DNA from: Candidatus Heimdallarchaeota archaeon | Lineage (GTDB): Archaea; Asgardarchaeota; Heimdallarchaeia; Heimdallarchaeales; Heimdallarchaeaceae | NCBI GenBank assembly: GCA_030603365.1 | Contig: JAUVXV010000007.1 | Span: 1 to 64,000, forward strand | Direction: 5' to 3' | DNA length: 64,000 nucleotides | Part shown: in pieces, positions 9,812 to 20,035 of the stretch | How the letters are laid out: every line of letters begins with the position of its first letter | Position numbering within the stretch: position 1 is the first letter of the stretch | Notes under the pieces: generated by a model | Told to the model about the DNA's origin: nothing | Database searches by the model: none | What the model saw: only the letters and a program-made list of their open reading frames with translations | Translations under genes and position numbers: made by a program

Positions 9812-11518
9812 GTGAGAACTATGCCAAAAAAGATTTGGAGTTATTGTGATGGTATTCCAGACGAAATAGAAGTACCTCAAATTAGTGTTGTAGAACTATT
9901 TCGACGAACTGCTGATAAATACCCCGAAAGACAAATTACTGAATTCTTAGGAAAATATAAAACTTATCCAGAAATGGAGGAAGAAGTAAACAGGTTTGCT
10001 AATTCTTTACAGAAATTAGGAGTAAAGAAAGGTGACAGAATAGCTTGTTTGATGCCAAATTGTCCTCAATATATAATAGCATTCTTTGCAACTAATTCAT
10101 TAGGAGCTATCTTTACTGCAATTAGCTCATTATATACTGAACATGAAATCAGATATCAGCTCCAAGATAGTGGAGCAAAAGTAATTGTTACGCTAGACGT
10201 ATTCTTAGATAAGATACGAACTGTAAAAGGTGAAACTGATGTAGAACATGTTATAGTATCTTCTGTAGCTGATGAAATTTCAGCTGTAAAGGGTTTTCTT
10301 TACAAGAATGTCATTGCAAGAAAGAATCCTAAAGTTAAGGATGAACACGTTTACAAGGATTTCATTAAAAGGGGAGAAAATAAAAGAATTGATACAAAAA
10401 TTGATGTAAAAGAAGACATTGCTTTGCTTCAATATACAGGCGGAACAACAGGTATTATGAAAGGAGCTATGCTCACGAATTACAACCTTATGGCACAAGC
10501 AACCATACTCCCATATTGGGATATTTGGTTACCCGCTAGACCAGAAGGTCAATACAAGATATCTGGTTGTTTGCCTATGTCTCACATTTTTGGATTCTCT
10601 ACTTCTTTCCTTTGGACAATTGCTGTTGGAGGATTACTTTATTTGATTCCAGATCCAAGACAGCTTGAAGATGTTATGACAAGTGTATCAAAACACGGAA
10701 TCCATTTCATGTTTGCAGTACCAATTTTATATCAGAAAATAGCTGAGCACCCTAATATTGGCAAGTATGATTTGACATCTTTATACTTGTGTATATCTGG
10801 TGGTGAAGCATTACCAGAGACCACTTCAAAGAAATTTGAAGACGCTAGCAATGCCTTACTGGTTGAAGGATATGGTTTATCTGAATCATCTCCTGTCACT
10901 CATGTAAATCCAGCTAATAAGCAATTAAGAAAAGTTGGTGCAATAGGTATTCCAATACCAAATACTCTTGCCATGGTTGTTGACATTGATACACAAGAAG
11001 AGTTAACTGAATATGGTGATATAGGTGAATTATGGGTTAGAGGACCTGGTATCATGAAAGGATATTGGAATAATAAGGAAGCATCAGATGGAGTTCTAGT
11101 CAAAGGTTGGTTAAGAACTGGAGATATTGCTACTAAAGATGATGAAGGTTTCTTCTCTATTGTTGATAGAGCTAAAGACATGATTATTGTTTCTGGATAC
11201 AAAGTATGGCCTAAAGATGTTGAGGAAGTTCTATATGCTCATCCAGACATCAATATGGCTGGAGTTGTTCAAGTGAAAACAGATAGTGGAGAGAAAGTAA
11301 AAGCATTTATTGTAGCTGAACCAGGCAGTAAAGAATTATCAAGAGATGAACTTAAAGCATATTGTAAAGACAAGCTTGCTCCTTACAAAGTTCCTACAAT
11401 TATTGAGTATAAAGACGATCTCCCAAGAACTGCTGTAGGAAAAGTTTCTCGTAAAGATTTAAGAGTGCCTGAAACAAGTGCTCCTAATATAACAAAAGAG
11501 GTAGTTGAACATAAATAG
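9812..11518 (+). CDS. fadD: Long-chain fatty acid--CoA ligase
   Basis: QYTGGTTG.MKG AMP-binding motif, EGYGLSE, GWLRTGD and LPRTAVGK. Confidence 0.92.
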   Translation: MRTMPKKIWSYCDGIPDEIEVPQISVVELFRRTADKYPERQITEFLGKYKTYPEMEEEVNRFANSLQKLGVKKGDRIACLMPNCPQYIIAFFATNSLGAIFTAISSLYTEHEIRYQLQDSGAKVIVTLDVFLDKIRTVKGETDVEHVIVSSVADEISAVKGFLYKNVIARKNPKVKDEHVYKDFIKRGENKRIDTKIDVKEDIALLQYTGGTTGIMKGAMLTNYNLMAQATILPYWDIWLPARPEGQYKISGCLPMSHIFGFSTSFLWTIAVGGLLYLIPDPRQLEDVMTSVSKHGIHFMFAVPILYQKIAEHPNIGKYDLTSLYLCISGGEALPETTSKKFEDASNALLVEGYGLSESSPVTHVNPANKQLRKVGAIGIPIPNTLAMVVDIDTQEELTEYGDIGELWVRGPGIMKGYWNNKEASDGVLVKGWLRTGDIATKDDEGFFSIVDRAKDMIIVSGYKVWPKDVEEVLYAHPDINMAGVVQVKTDSGEKVKAFIVAEPGSKELSRDELKAYCKDKLAPYKVPTIIEYKDDLPRTAVGKVSRKDLRVPETSAPNITKEVVEHK

Positions 11519-11562
11519 AAGTTGATTGTATTCAACTTTTTCTCTATTTTTTCTAAATTTAT

Positions 11563-12267
11563 TCATTCATCCAACAGTTTCTCAATTCTTACCTTATCAG
11601 AATCATCTAACAGATCTAGTCCCTTTATGTCATCTTTTTCAAGTCTTTGCCAAAAGATACACTTCTCATGATTCCATCGATAATTCAAGTAAGTTTCAAA
11701 GAAGTAAGGTTCCCCTACTCTAATAGAATCTTTCTCAATTGCTGCACCACAACTGTTACATTTAGACCTTCCACTCTTTGCATATTCTATTTTCCATTTC
11801 TCTTCTCGATCATACAAGGTTGGTTTAAATGTCTCTTTCTCTATTATAGAATTGATTAGTTCGGCTGGATTCAAGCCACCTAACGAGTTTTTGTCAATCC
11901 TTAGATGGAATGTATCATAATTAGTCATAATGAATGCTAATTGAGCAGATTTATCTTGTTTTAGTTCTTTTTCAACTAGTATTTTAGGGGGTAATCTGTT
12001 TGACGAAAGTATATAATCCGTACAAGCTGTTGACATTATTTTTGTTAATTCGCGTTTGTTTAGTGGTTGGTATTTTTTTCCTTCCACAATACCGTAAGAA
12101 GTTTGAATAACTGTTCGATCAATATCATCAATATACTCACGTTCTTTGATAACTACAAATGAGCCATCAGGAATTTCATCGATTATTTCTACAACTTGAA
12201 AGGATTGAGGATCAATGAAATATCCCCATTCATTTTCTGAATCGAGCTGCATCTTCATAGTGATCAC
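11563..12267 (-). CDS. Protein with C-terminal PARP-type zinc finger
   Basis: IEYAKSGRSKCNSC...IRVG...WNHEKC...IKGLDLLDDSDK matches the zf-PARP pattern. Confidence 0.85.
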   Translation of the reverse strand: MITMKMQLDSENEWGYFIDPQSFQVVEIIDEIPDGSFVVIKEREYIDDIDRTVIQTSYGIVEGKKYQPLNKRELTKIMSTACTDYILSSNRLPPKILVEKELKQDKSAQLAFIMTNYDTFHLRIDKNSLGGLNPAELINSIIEKETFKPTLYDREEKWKIEYAKSGRSKCNSCGAAIEKDSIRVGEPYFFETYLNYRWNHEKCIFWQRLEKDDIKGLDLLDDSDKVRIEKLLDE

Positions 12268-12350
12268 TTTAGCTTTGTCTAAACTATATTTATTTTTATC
12301 TTAAAAATTAGAAATTGAAGTTTAGAACTGGAAATAGGAGAAGAGTGTTA

Positions 12351-12833
12351 TTATCCTCCAGGAGTACCGTGTGTGAAAGCATCACTCCACATATGATCCC
12401 AGACATCTTCCTCAATGAGAGTTTCCTTTTCTACTATTGTTTTGTATAACCATCTCATTAACTCATGATGGCGAAGCTCATCTTCATAGATAGCTTTGAT
12501 AACTATTTTTTCTTTGTCATCAACACAACACAACCCATCCAAATATCCTTTATATTGTTTCAAAGCTTCTGCTTCAAGTTCCACATGTTCTTGGATTGCA
12601 TTAGCTATCTCCTCAGAAACCTTTTCCTCTATAGCTGGAGAAGGACCGGAAATTCGGTCTAATAATGCCTGTAACATTGTTTCATGTTTTTGAGAATCAA
12701 GGGCTACAGCTAAAATCATCTCACGAACTAAAGGATTTTTTAAACCTTTAACAGCTTTCTGAGCAGCTGCAACTATTTTCCTTTCTACTTCAATTTGTTG
12801 ATTAAAGAACGCTATTCTTTCCTCTTTGCTCAT
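12351..12833 (-). CDS. Ferritin-like/rubrerythrin-like diiron protein
   Basis: Two E...(D/E)xxxH helix pairs (DSQKHE, DELRHH). The ATG at 12833 (MSKEERIAFF) is a more plausible start than 12926. Confidence 0.75.
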   Translation of the reverse strand: MSKEERIAFFNQQIEVERKIVAAAQKAVKGLKNPLVREMILAVALDSQKHETMLQALLDRISGPSPAIEEKVSEEIANAIQEHVELEAEALKQYKGYLDGLCCVDDKEKIVIKAIYEDELRHHELMRWLYKTIVEKETLIEEDVWDHMWSDAFTHGTPGG

Positions 12834-12941
12834 TAAAGAACACCTAATCAGTTGCTTTTTTGAAAGAACTGTATTTAAGTCTTTACAAGAATCAATACTT
12901 CTAAGTAAATAAACTTGTTCTAGCAAATCTTTTTAACTTCT

Positions 12942-14690
12942 TTGAATTTTTTCTTTTGTATACACCTTGCTGTTAGTGTCCTACTAATCCTAATTCCTTT
13001 TGCCATTGGTATTGTCCTTCTTATTTTCTTTAAATTCAAAGCAGATATGGTGGGAACAATTCTCTTTATCTTAATGCTAATTATAGGAATATATGCATTC
13101 AAAACAGATTGGAGAGTAGCGTTTTTAGCATCAATTGCTGGAATCATCAAATCATTTCCAATTTCGTTAATGGTTTTGACCTCTATATTGATGATAACCT
13201 ATCAGCAAAAAACTGGTTCCTTGGATAAAATTGTTGTAACATTTAAGAAAATAGGAGGAGGAAATAAAGCATTCCAAATAATGATAATCAATCTAGCAAT
13301 AGGATGTTTTCTTGTTTCTATAGGAGCAACACCTGTTACTATGCTTCCCCCTGTTTTAATAGCAATGGGTTATTCAGCTTTTGCAGCTGTTGCGCTTCCT
13401 GCAATAGGATATGATCCTTTAACTACTTATGCTCTTCTCGCAGTACCTGCAGAATTTTTTTCCTACTTTATGAAGGATGCTCTTTTAGTTTCAAATCTTG
13501 ATAAGTTAGCATGGATTGGACAAACTGCTTTAGAACCCGAATTATTAGCATCTGGAATTGCTTTCTCATTTTACATGCCATTAGTTACTATGGGGATAGC
13601 TTTTGGTATGATGTGGTTAGGAGGAGGAAGAAAACTTCTTTTCAGTAAAGATGGCCTCATATTCGGTCTGACAGGGGGAATAGTTTGTGGTGGAACAGCA
13701 ATTATAGCCAACTTCCTTGGATTAGTAAAACTAACAGGAGTAATAGCAGGAGTTGTTACAGCTATAGCTCTGATACTTATTGCTAAATTGAAAAAGATAA
13801 AAATAGTTGATTCTTCTTTATTAACAGAAGAAGAGAAGAAAACGGATAGAAATATGCCTTTGTGGAAAGCTCTTTCACCTTGGATATTACTAATCATTTT
13901 TGTTAGTTTGATAAATTTCATTCCATACCTGTATGAATTATTCAATTCGAAATTACTGTTTACTATTGTAATCGGAGAGATTGTAATCGATACAAAAATT
14001 TTATCTCATGCTTATTTTTGGGTATTAATTGCTACATTGTGCTCAATTCCATTTCTAGGTTTAGGAAATAGAAAAGCAAAAGAGACAGTAAAATTGTGGG
14101 GAAAAAGATCTATTAGACCTGTGTATGCAGCTGCTATTTTCTTCGCTATAGCCTATATGATGCTTTATTCTGGAATCAATATTGTTAATGGTTCTTGGAT
14201 AAGATATGATTGGAATTATATGATCAATTCTTTAGCATCTGCAGCAAGTTATGTTTTTAGAGACTATTATCCTTTAATTGTACCATTCATAGGTCTTTTT
14301 GGTGGTTTCATAAGTGGATCAGAAACGTCGTCCATAGCTATGTTTACGACATTCCATGAACAAACAGCTGTGACTCTCGGTATAAGTGCGGTTGCTGTAG
14401 GTACAGCAAATGGTGTTGGAGGTGGGTTAGCTTCTGTGCTCTCTCCCGCGAAGATTCAAAATGCAGCTGCGGTTATAGATAAAGTGGGAATTGAAGGTGA
14501 AGTGATCAAAAAATCTGCCCCTATAGCTCTATTAATGACGCTGTCTGTTTCTGCAATTTGCCTATGCTGGGCTAATCATTATATCTGGTGGAAATGGATA
14601 ATTGTATTTGGAATCTACACTATATTACTAATAAGCATAGGTTTACTAATTTATTTCAGAAAAGAAAAAGTTGATGAATCTATTGATTAG
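12942..14690 (+). CDS. lctP: L-lactate permease family transporter
   Basis: Polytopic; GGFISGSETSS and SPAKIQNAAA motifs typical of LctP. Confidence 0.8.
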   Translation: MNFFFCIHLAVSVLLILIPFAIGIVLLIFFKFKADMVGTILFILMLIIGIYAFKTDWRVAFLASIAGIIKSFPISLMVLTSILMITYQQKTGSLDKIVVTFKKIGGGNKAFQIMIINLAIGCFLVSIGATPVTMLPPVLIAMGYSAFAAVALPAIGYDPLTTYALLAVPAEFFSYFMKDALLVSNLDKLAWIGQTALEPELLASGIAFSFYMPLVTMGIAFGMMWLGGGRKLLFSKDGLIFGLTGGIVCGGTAIIANFLGLVKLTGVIAGVVTAIALILIAKLKKIKIVDSSLLTEEEKKTDRNMPLWKALSPWILLIIFVSLINFIPYLYELFNSKLLFTIVIGEIVIDTKILSHAYFWVLIATLCSIPFLGLGNRKAKETVKLWGKRSIRPVYAAAIFFAIAYMMLYSGINIVNGSWIRYDWNYMINSLASAASYVFRDYYPLIVPFIGLFGGFISGSETSSIAMFTTFHEQTAVTLGISAVAVGTANGVGGGLASVLSPAKIQNAAAVIDKVGIEGEVIKKSAPIALLMTLSVSAICLCWANHYIWWKWIIVFGIYTILLISIGLLIYFRKEKVDESID

Positions 14691-14848
14691 ACAATTGCTT
14701 GATAGAGCAGTGTGATTAGATACAATAATAGTAGTATAAATCCAATAGCTGCAGCTAAATATCCTAAGCTAACGCCAACAAACAAAGATATTCCTTTGAT
14801 ATACTCCCACACTTTATCCATAGGTTTTGATGATGTTAAGTTTGCCAT
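14687..14848 (-). CDS. Small single-TM membrane protein (53 aa, below the track cutoff)
   Basis: ATG 14848 to TAA 14687 encodes MANLTSSKPMDKVWEYIKGISLFVGVSLGYLAAAIGFILLLLYLITLLYQAIV. TATA-like TTTAAA lies about 25-30 bp upstream. Confidence 0.55.
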   Translation of the reverse strand: MANLTSSKPMDKVWEYIKGISLFVGVSLGYLAAAIGFILLLLYLITLLYQAIV

Positions 14849-15012
14849 CGAATTATAGAAAGAATAAGAACTTTTAAAGTTTTCTCAGAATATTCCATTT
14901 TACAAAAAAGAAAAGTAATAATATAAAAATCGAAAGAATAAGATTGCTCAAACATCTTGTAGATAATGTATAGAGCAAAAACATAAGTAAGGGCAGTGAA
15001 ATTTAGGTAATA

Positions 15013-16257
15013 ATGAGAATCTCTCGTGTTGATTTGAAGCTTGTCTTAAAACCTAAATTAGAAGAATTATATGCTTCAGCCTTTCTGACAATTAATAAAC
15101 CCTCCAAAGTCATAGAACTAATGCTTAATAATCAACTAGAATGGCTAGAAATATCAACAGAAGTAAAGAATAAAAGGTATTATTTGGAAGCTTCTGAAGG
15201 ACAATTACCTGAAGATTCTCTAATTAAGATTAGTAAATTATGGCTGATAGAACTCCCTCCAGAACTTCATGATTTGGATGAATTATTTTTGTCCTTTAGC
15301 TATAAAGGATCAATCGAAGGAGACTCTTGGGGAACTAATTATCTAACAAAAGACAGAATAGAATTAGGTATATATGTTGCTTACTATCCCATTCACAATA
15401 TTGACGATAAAATCGCATTTTCATTGGTTTTACAGGGTCCGGGAGATTGGGATTGGATAGTTAATAGTACAAAATTTACAGTTTGTGATTGTAACATTTG
15501 GGTTTCTGATGAACCAAAAACTGATATCTACCTAGTTGGATTACCAAAAGAATTAGCTATTAGTGAAGAGGATTCAGTAAGATTTAGAGGTGCAAGAAGA
15601 AACTTTAAACTCTTTGAGAACTTAAGTGAAGAATTGTCTTTTTTTGAGGAGAAACTTATAGACTGGTTGGGTAAACCTCAAACCGAAAGTTTCTTTCTTG
15701 TTTTAGCTCCTAGAGAATCAGGAGGAATCATATCTCGGCATGGTTTAATTTCTATGCAGGATACTCTCCCAATTGAAGTGATTGAATCAAATAGAGAAAA
15801 TCTTCTTATGAGTTGGGTGCATGAAATGGGTCATTTCTGGTTCAATTCAACATCTACTTCAAGCTATAATAATTGGATAGATGAAGGATTGTGTGATTAT
15901 TGCTCTTTACTACTCGCAAAAGAAAAATATGGGGAGGAATTCTACAATCAGAGAATTGATGAAATAAAGATAAAAATTCAAGAGAAAGGTATCTTACCAC
16001 CAATTATTGATATTTCTCGTTCACATCCTGAAGCCGAAATTCTCTTTTATAAATATGGTTCAATCATTTTTCATGAAATGATGCAAGAAATCGGTGAGGG
16101 TGCTTTCAGAAAAAGTATCAATCTATTTGCACAAAAATCGATTATTAAAGATAAAATTGAAACCAGTGATTTAATAGAAGCATTCAATGAAACAACAGGA
16201 AGAGATTGGATTGAATTCTTTAAGAAAAGAATTTCCAATCCACCTGAAATTATTTAG
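15013..16257 (+). CDS. M1-family (gluzincin) metallopeptidase
   Basis: HEMGHFW...WIDEG (HExxH plus downstream Glu) and YKYG motif. Confidence 0.85.
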   Translation: MRISRVDLKLVLKPKLEELYASAFLTINKPSKVIELMLNNQLEWLEISTEVKNKRYYLEASEGQLPEDSLIKISKLWLIELPPELHDLDELFLSFSYKGSIEGDSWGTNYLTKDRIELGIYVAYYPIHNIDDKIAFSLVLQGPGDWDWIVNSTKFTVCDCNIWVSDEPKTDIYLVGLPKELAISEEDSVRFRGARRNFKLFENLSEELSFFEEKLIDWLGKPQTESFFLVLAPRESGGIISRHGLISMQDTLPIEVIESNRENLLMSWVHEMGHFWFNSTSTSSYNNWIDEGLCDYCSLLLAKEKYGEEFYNQRIDEIKIKIQEKGILPPIIDISRSHPEAEILFYKYGSIIFHEMMQEIGEGAFRKSINLFAQKSIIKDKIETSDLIEAFNETTGRDWIEFFKKRISNPPEII

Positions 16258-16258
16258 C

Positions 16259-19057
16259 TCATTCAAACTGGAACATCTTTATTTCATATGCATTAAAAGC
16301 TATCTCAAATTGATTATCATTTATTTTATGGTTTGCTTTTACATTACCATCATAAGTTATTTCTTGACAGTTTTGAAATTTCGGATTAATTTGCAGAAGT
16401 ACGGTTTCATAAACTGTGTTTAAATTGAATAGAGTTATCAATAATTTTCCATTTCTGTTTCTTAATGATGATATTCTAATCCAAGGATTATTTACGTAGA
16501 AAAGAGATTGAAGCATAATCTCTTCTATTTCTGGATCAGTTACTAAGTATGTTTTTGATGGTAGAGTAAAAACTTCTGCATGGTTATCACATAGATACAT
16601 AGGATCCTCTTTTGAATGTATTAACAAACTATAATCGAATGTGTATTCTTTGTTTAATTCCTGTGCTCCTGGTGTTTCCATAAAAGGACCCGCATGCATA
16701 GGTCGCTCTTCATAATCCATTCTAGATAAATAGCCTACTGATCTGAGAAGTGTCAATGCTAATCTTGAGCCTTCAACAAGTTCCACTTCTGGTAATCCTT
16801 TGTTTATTAATGTTACAGCAGATTTATGCAGAGTATCATGAATACGAATATATCGTTTTTGTGCCTGAATTCCTGAAGGTGCTTCAGCATAAGAATCATC
16901 TCCAAAAGGACTACTTTTTCTTTTTATTGTTCCAAAGTGAGTAGATGTTAGGGTTTCAAAAGATCTGAATGGTAAATCAAAACATATTCTTAACCGGTGG
17001 TCTTTTGCAAAGTTGATAAGATTTGTAGAGATGTCAATACGTGGGATATCTCTATAAAAGCGAAACTTGGTTGTAACAGGAATTTCCACACTACCTGTTC
17101 TCTTCTCTCGATCCTCACTTAATTCTTTGTAAATTTCAAGCAGATAACTTTGATGTATTTCTGAGAAGACAGGTCCATCTGATATCAACTTTCTTTTAAC
17201 ATTCTTAACTTTCGCAATCTCAGGACCAATTCTACCAAAAGTGTATTCATCGCCTTTGTCTCCATAATCTTCGAATTTATGAAGTTCTTCATAGAGAATA
17301 TTTTTGTTTTTATCAAAATAATTGAATGTTCCATTTCTATTGAAATCAACGTCATAGAAAGTGTTGGAAACTGAGTCTTTAGTAGATTCAAATATTGTAT
17401 CAACTGGTTGAGTTATAGCAGATTCAAGAAGCTCAAATTTATTCATACTCCATGGATTCAGTTTTGCTAGAGCAAGATATTTCTGTTTTGAACCAAGAGT
17501 TGCTTTAACATGATATTTCTTATATTTCTTACTATCTAATAATTCACCCGCTCGCTTCTTTAAATCTTGGACATCAAACTCTCCGATTGGAGTTTTACCA
17601 CAAAGCAGTGTTATATTACATACTTCAGGATCTACGTTTTCAGATATTACTACTTCATTAAGGTAGAAATCTATAATTTTCCTACCAGGAAGGAGTTTGA
17701 ATCCTGTTCTTAACATTATAGGGGAGAATTTATTTTCAAAGAAAACATCTTCAGAAGCAGTAATTTTTTGTAAAGGATAGCAGTTTCCTTGTTGATCTTG
17801 GATTCCTGTTAATTGATTTTTTGTGCTGTATTCAAATTCAACGATATTAGGAATGTCTGAACTATTGGAAGGATTAAAGGTAAATAATGTAGCTTTTTCA
17901 TTTTTTTCAGAGTATTTCTCTATTGTTTCATTGAGCTCTTCAAGTTGAGATTCAGCAATACTTTCTGCCCAAGAAAATCTAGAAATCATTTCATCATGGG
18001 TTTGATCAACAGAACATCCACATATTCCATCATGAGTTTGATTTTTTAGAAGCCATTTCCATGCTAATTTCAGGTAATTATCAGGAAAATCTAGATTGTT
18101 AAAAATCCAAAAATATGATAGTAAAGGCTCAGTATAATGTACAAGCAAATCTTCGATTTTTTGATTCCATTGCTTTATCCACATTCTAGTGGAATATGTA
18201 TCTTGTAAAAGGTGAGCTCTTGCAGAAGATCGGAATTCTCCTATATACTCAGGAACTGTGAAGTTATAATCCTTTATTGAACCCTCAAGTTTATCTACGA
18301 AATCATCGAGCAAACCAAAATCTACATCATAATTTTCCAAGTCCATTAGCTTGATATAAGGAATCAACTTTGGATTAGGAAATTGATGATCTGTCCCATA
18401 CATCAGAAGATAAACTGGGGTTGGAGAAAACTGTTTCAAATCTTCCACTTTATCTTGAATAGCTTGGATGAGATTATCTTCCTCTTCTGGCAAATCTGCA
18501 GCATTTCCATATCCACTAGGCATATAAACACCAAGAACTGATTCTTGAGCATTAAATTCACTTTTCCATCTAAATGGGACAGTGTTAATCTCTGGACCCA
18601 CACCTCTCCACAACACAATAGCTTTGAAGGATGTCAAATTCGAAATTATCTGAGGTATAGCTCGAGTATGTCCAAATTGATCTGGTAGATAGCCTACTTG
18701 CATAAGAGGTATATCTAATTCTCTAGCTAAATCTAAACTAACTTCTAAATTGCGAATGAAGCTTTCCTGTCCTATTAACCACTCATCTGGGAGAAGATAC
18801 CATGGACCAACAGCTATTTTTCCAGATTTAATAAGTTTGATTAAACGATTCTTATTCTCAGGTTTAATTTCAAAATAGTCCTCTAAGACTACTGTTTGAC
18901 CATCTAACATAAATGGAAAATCATGTTTTTCTGTTATTTCCATAACATGATCAATTAATTTTACAAGCTTCAATCTGAAAAATTGAAAAGGTAAATACCA
19001 TTCTCTATCCCAATGAGTATGAGGTACAATAGTGACATCCGATTTATCCGATTTCAT
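16259..19057 (-). CDS. GH38 alpha-mannosidase (MngB-like)
   Basis: PHTHWDREWY, LDGQ, GPWY, YLPDQFGH and NQTHDGICGCSVD motifs. Confidence 0.93.
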   Translation of the reverse strand: MKSDKSDVTIVPHTHWDREWYLPFQFFRLKLVKLIDHVMEITEKHDFPFMLDGQTVVLEDYFEIKPENKNRLIKLIKSGKIAVGPWYLLPDEWLIGQESFIRNLEVSLDLARELDIPLMQVGYLPDQFGHTRAIPQIISNLTSFKAIVLWRGVGPEINTVPFRWKSEFNAQESVLGVYMPSGYGNAADLPEEEDNLIQAIQDKVEDLKQFSPTPVYLLMYGTDHQFPNPKLIPYIKLMDLENYDVDFGLLDDFVDKLEGSIKDYNFTVPEYIGEFRSSARAHLLQDTYSTRMWIKQWNQKIEDLLVHYTEPLLSYFWIFNNLDFPDNYLKLAWKWLLKNQTHDGICGCSVDQTHDEMISRFSWAESIAESQLEELNETIEKYSEKNEKATLFTFNPSNSSDIPNIVEFEYSTKNQLTGIQDQQGNCYPLQKITASEDVFFENKFSPIMLRTGFKLLPGRKIIDFYLNEVVISENVDPEVCNITLLCGKTPIGEFDVQDLKKRAGELLDSKKYKKYHVKATLGSKQKYLALAKLNPWSMNKFELLESAITQPVDTIFESTKDSVSNTFYDVDFNRNGTFNYFDKNKNILYEELHKFEDYGDKGDEYTFGRIGPEIAKVKNVKRKLISDGPVFSEIHQSYLLEIYKELSEDREKRTGSVEIPVTTKFRFYRDIPRIDISTNLINFAKDHRLRICFDLPFRSFETLTSTHFGTIKRKSSPFGDDSYAEAPSGIQAQKRYIRIHDTLHKSAVTLINKGLPEVELVEGSRLALTLLRSVGYLSRMDYEERPMHAGPFMETPGAQELNKEYTFDYSLLIHSKEDPMYLCDNHAEVFTLPSKTYLVTDPEIEEIMLQSLFYVNNPWIRISSLRNRNGKLLITLFNLNTVYETVLLQINPKFQNCQEITYDGNVKANHKINDNQFEIAFNAYEIKMFQFE

Positions 19058-19202
19058 ACATACAACCGCTGAATATCGTTATTGAATCAGTTTTTAAATT
19101 TTTACAAGCGATGATTGTGGTTTATGTTGTCTGGATAGTTGAAGAAAAACCAACTTGAGAACATCAAAATTAAATCAAAAGAAGAGGAATATTTAGAATT
19201 AA

Positions 19203-19886
19203 CTAGCTTGATTCAACAAGATCCTTGGCAGCTTGAATAAGCTTAGGGGCGGTAGCTGCACCAATGCCCTTGAGTTTCACCAAATCATCTGCTGAAGCAA
19301 TAGATAAATCAACAGCAGTAGTATAACCAGCTTCAATTAGAGCAACTGTTTTCTGACCTACTCCTTTTACTTTATCAATTGGTATGTTAGATATTTTCTT
19401 CTTCAAATCTTTATCAGATGCTGGAACAGTTTTTAACTGTGAATGTGCCATTATACCTTTGAATTTACCTAGATTTTTCAACCTCAAATCTTTGTCTGTT
19501 TTTCGTAGGTCTTGTACAGTCTTAAGAATATCTTCACTTCTTGTTATCATTTTGGAAAATTCGCTTTGTTCCTTTTTTGATGAATCATATAGAAATCCTA
19601 ATCCGTTTATTGCTTCAAGAAAAGTTATTGTTGAATCAATAACTAGTAAAGGGTGAGAGATTTCCATACTTTTTCTAAAAGCAGTTTTAGCAAGAAGAAC
19701 ACTTTTTTCAAAATCACCAATCTTTATCATTATCTGACAATTAAGTAACATTGAAGCTAATTTTTCAACTTCATTGAGTTCAACACCCTTTTCCAATTGA
19801 TTTAATTGGTGTATAGCTTCTTTATGCTTCCCTTTTGCTAATAATTCTTCTGCTTGTCTTAAACTGTCCAGATATACTCCAAACAT
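19203..19886 (-). CDS. TPR-like protein with C-terminal helix-hairpin-helix domain
   Basis: Helical TPR-like N-terminus; C-terminus VKGVG...LIEAGY...LVKLKGIG is a tandem HhH. Confidence 0.75.
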   Translation of the reverse strand: MFGVYLDSLRQAEELLAKGKHKEAIHQLNQLEKGVELNEVEKLASMLLNCQIMIKIGDFEKSVLLAKTAFRKSMEISHPLLVIDSTITFLEAINGLGFLYDSSKKEQSEFSKMITRSEDILKTVQDLRKTDKDLRLKNLGKFKGIMAHSQLKTVPASDKDLKKKISNIPIDKVKGVGQKTVALIEAGYTTAVDLSIASADDLVKLKGIGAATAPKLIQAAKDLVESS

Positions 19887-20035
19887 ATTTTATCCCCAAC
19901 TTTAGTAATCAAAGAATGTTCAATTCTTGTGATTTTGATAATTTAGATTTTATAGCTAATAAATCTTGGGTAATCTGTAACTCAAAAAATGCTTGATTTA
20001 AGTTAGCTAAAAAGAGAAAAAAAAGAAGGAAATAA

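Noticed and set aside
12834-12926. Track's N-terminal extension of the ferritin-like ORF and the ORF at 12920-13150
   Set aside because: The extension occupies the divergent promoter space; 12920-13150 is antisense to lctP.
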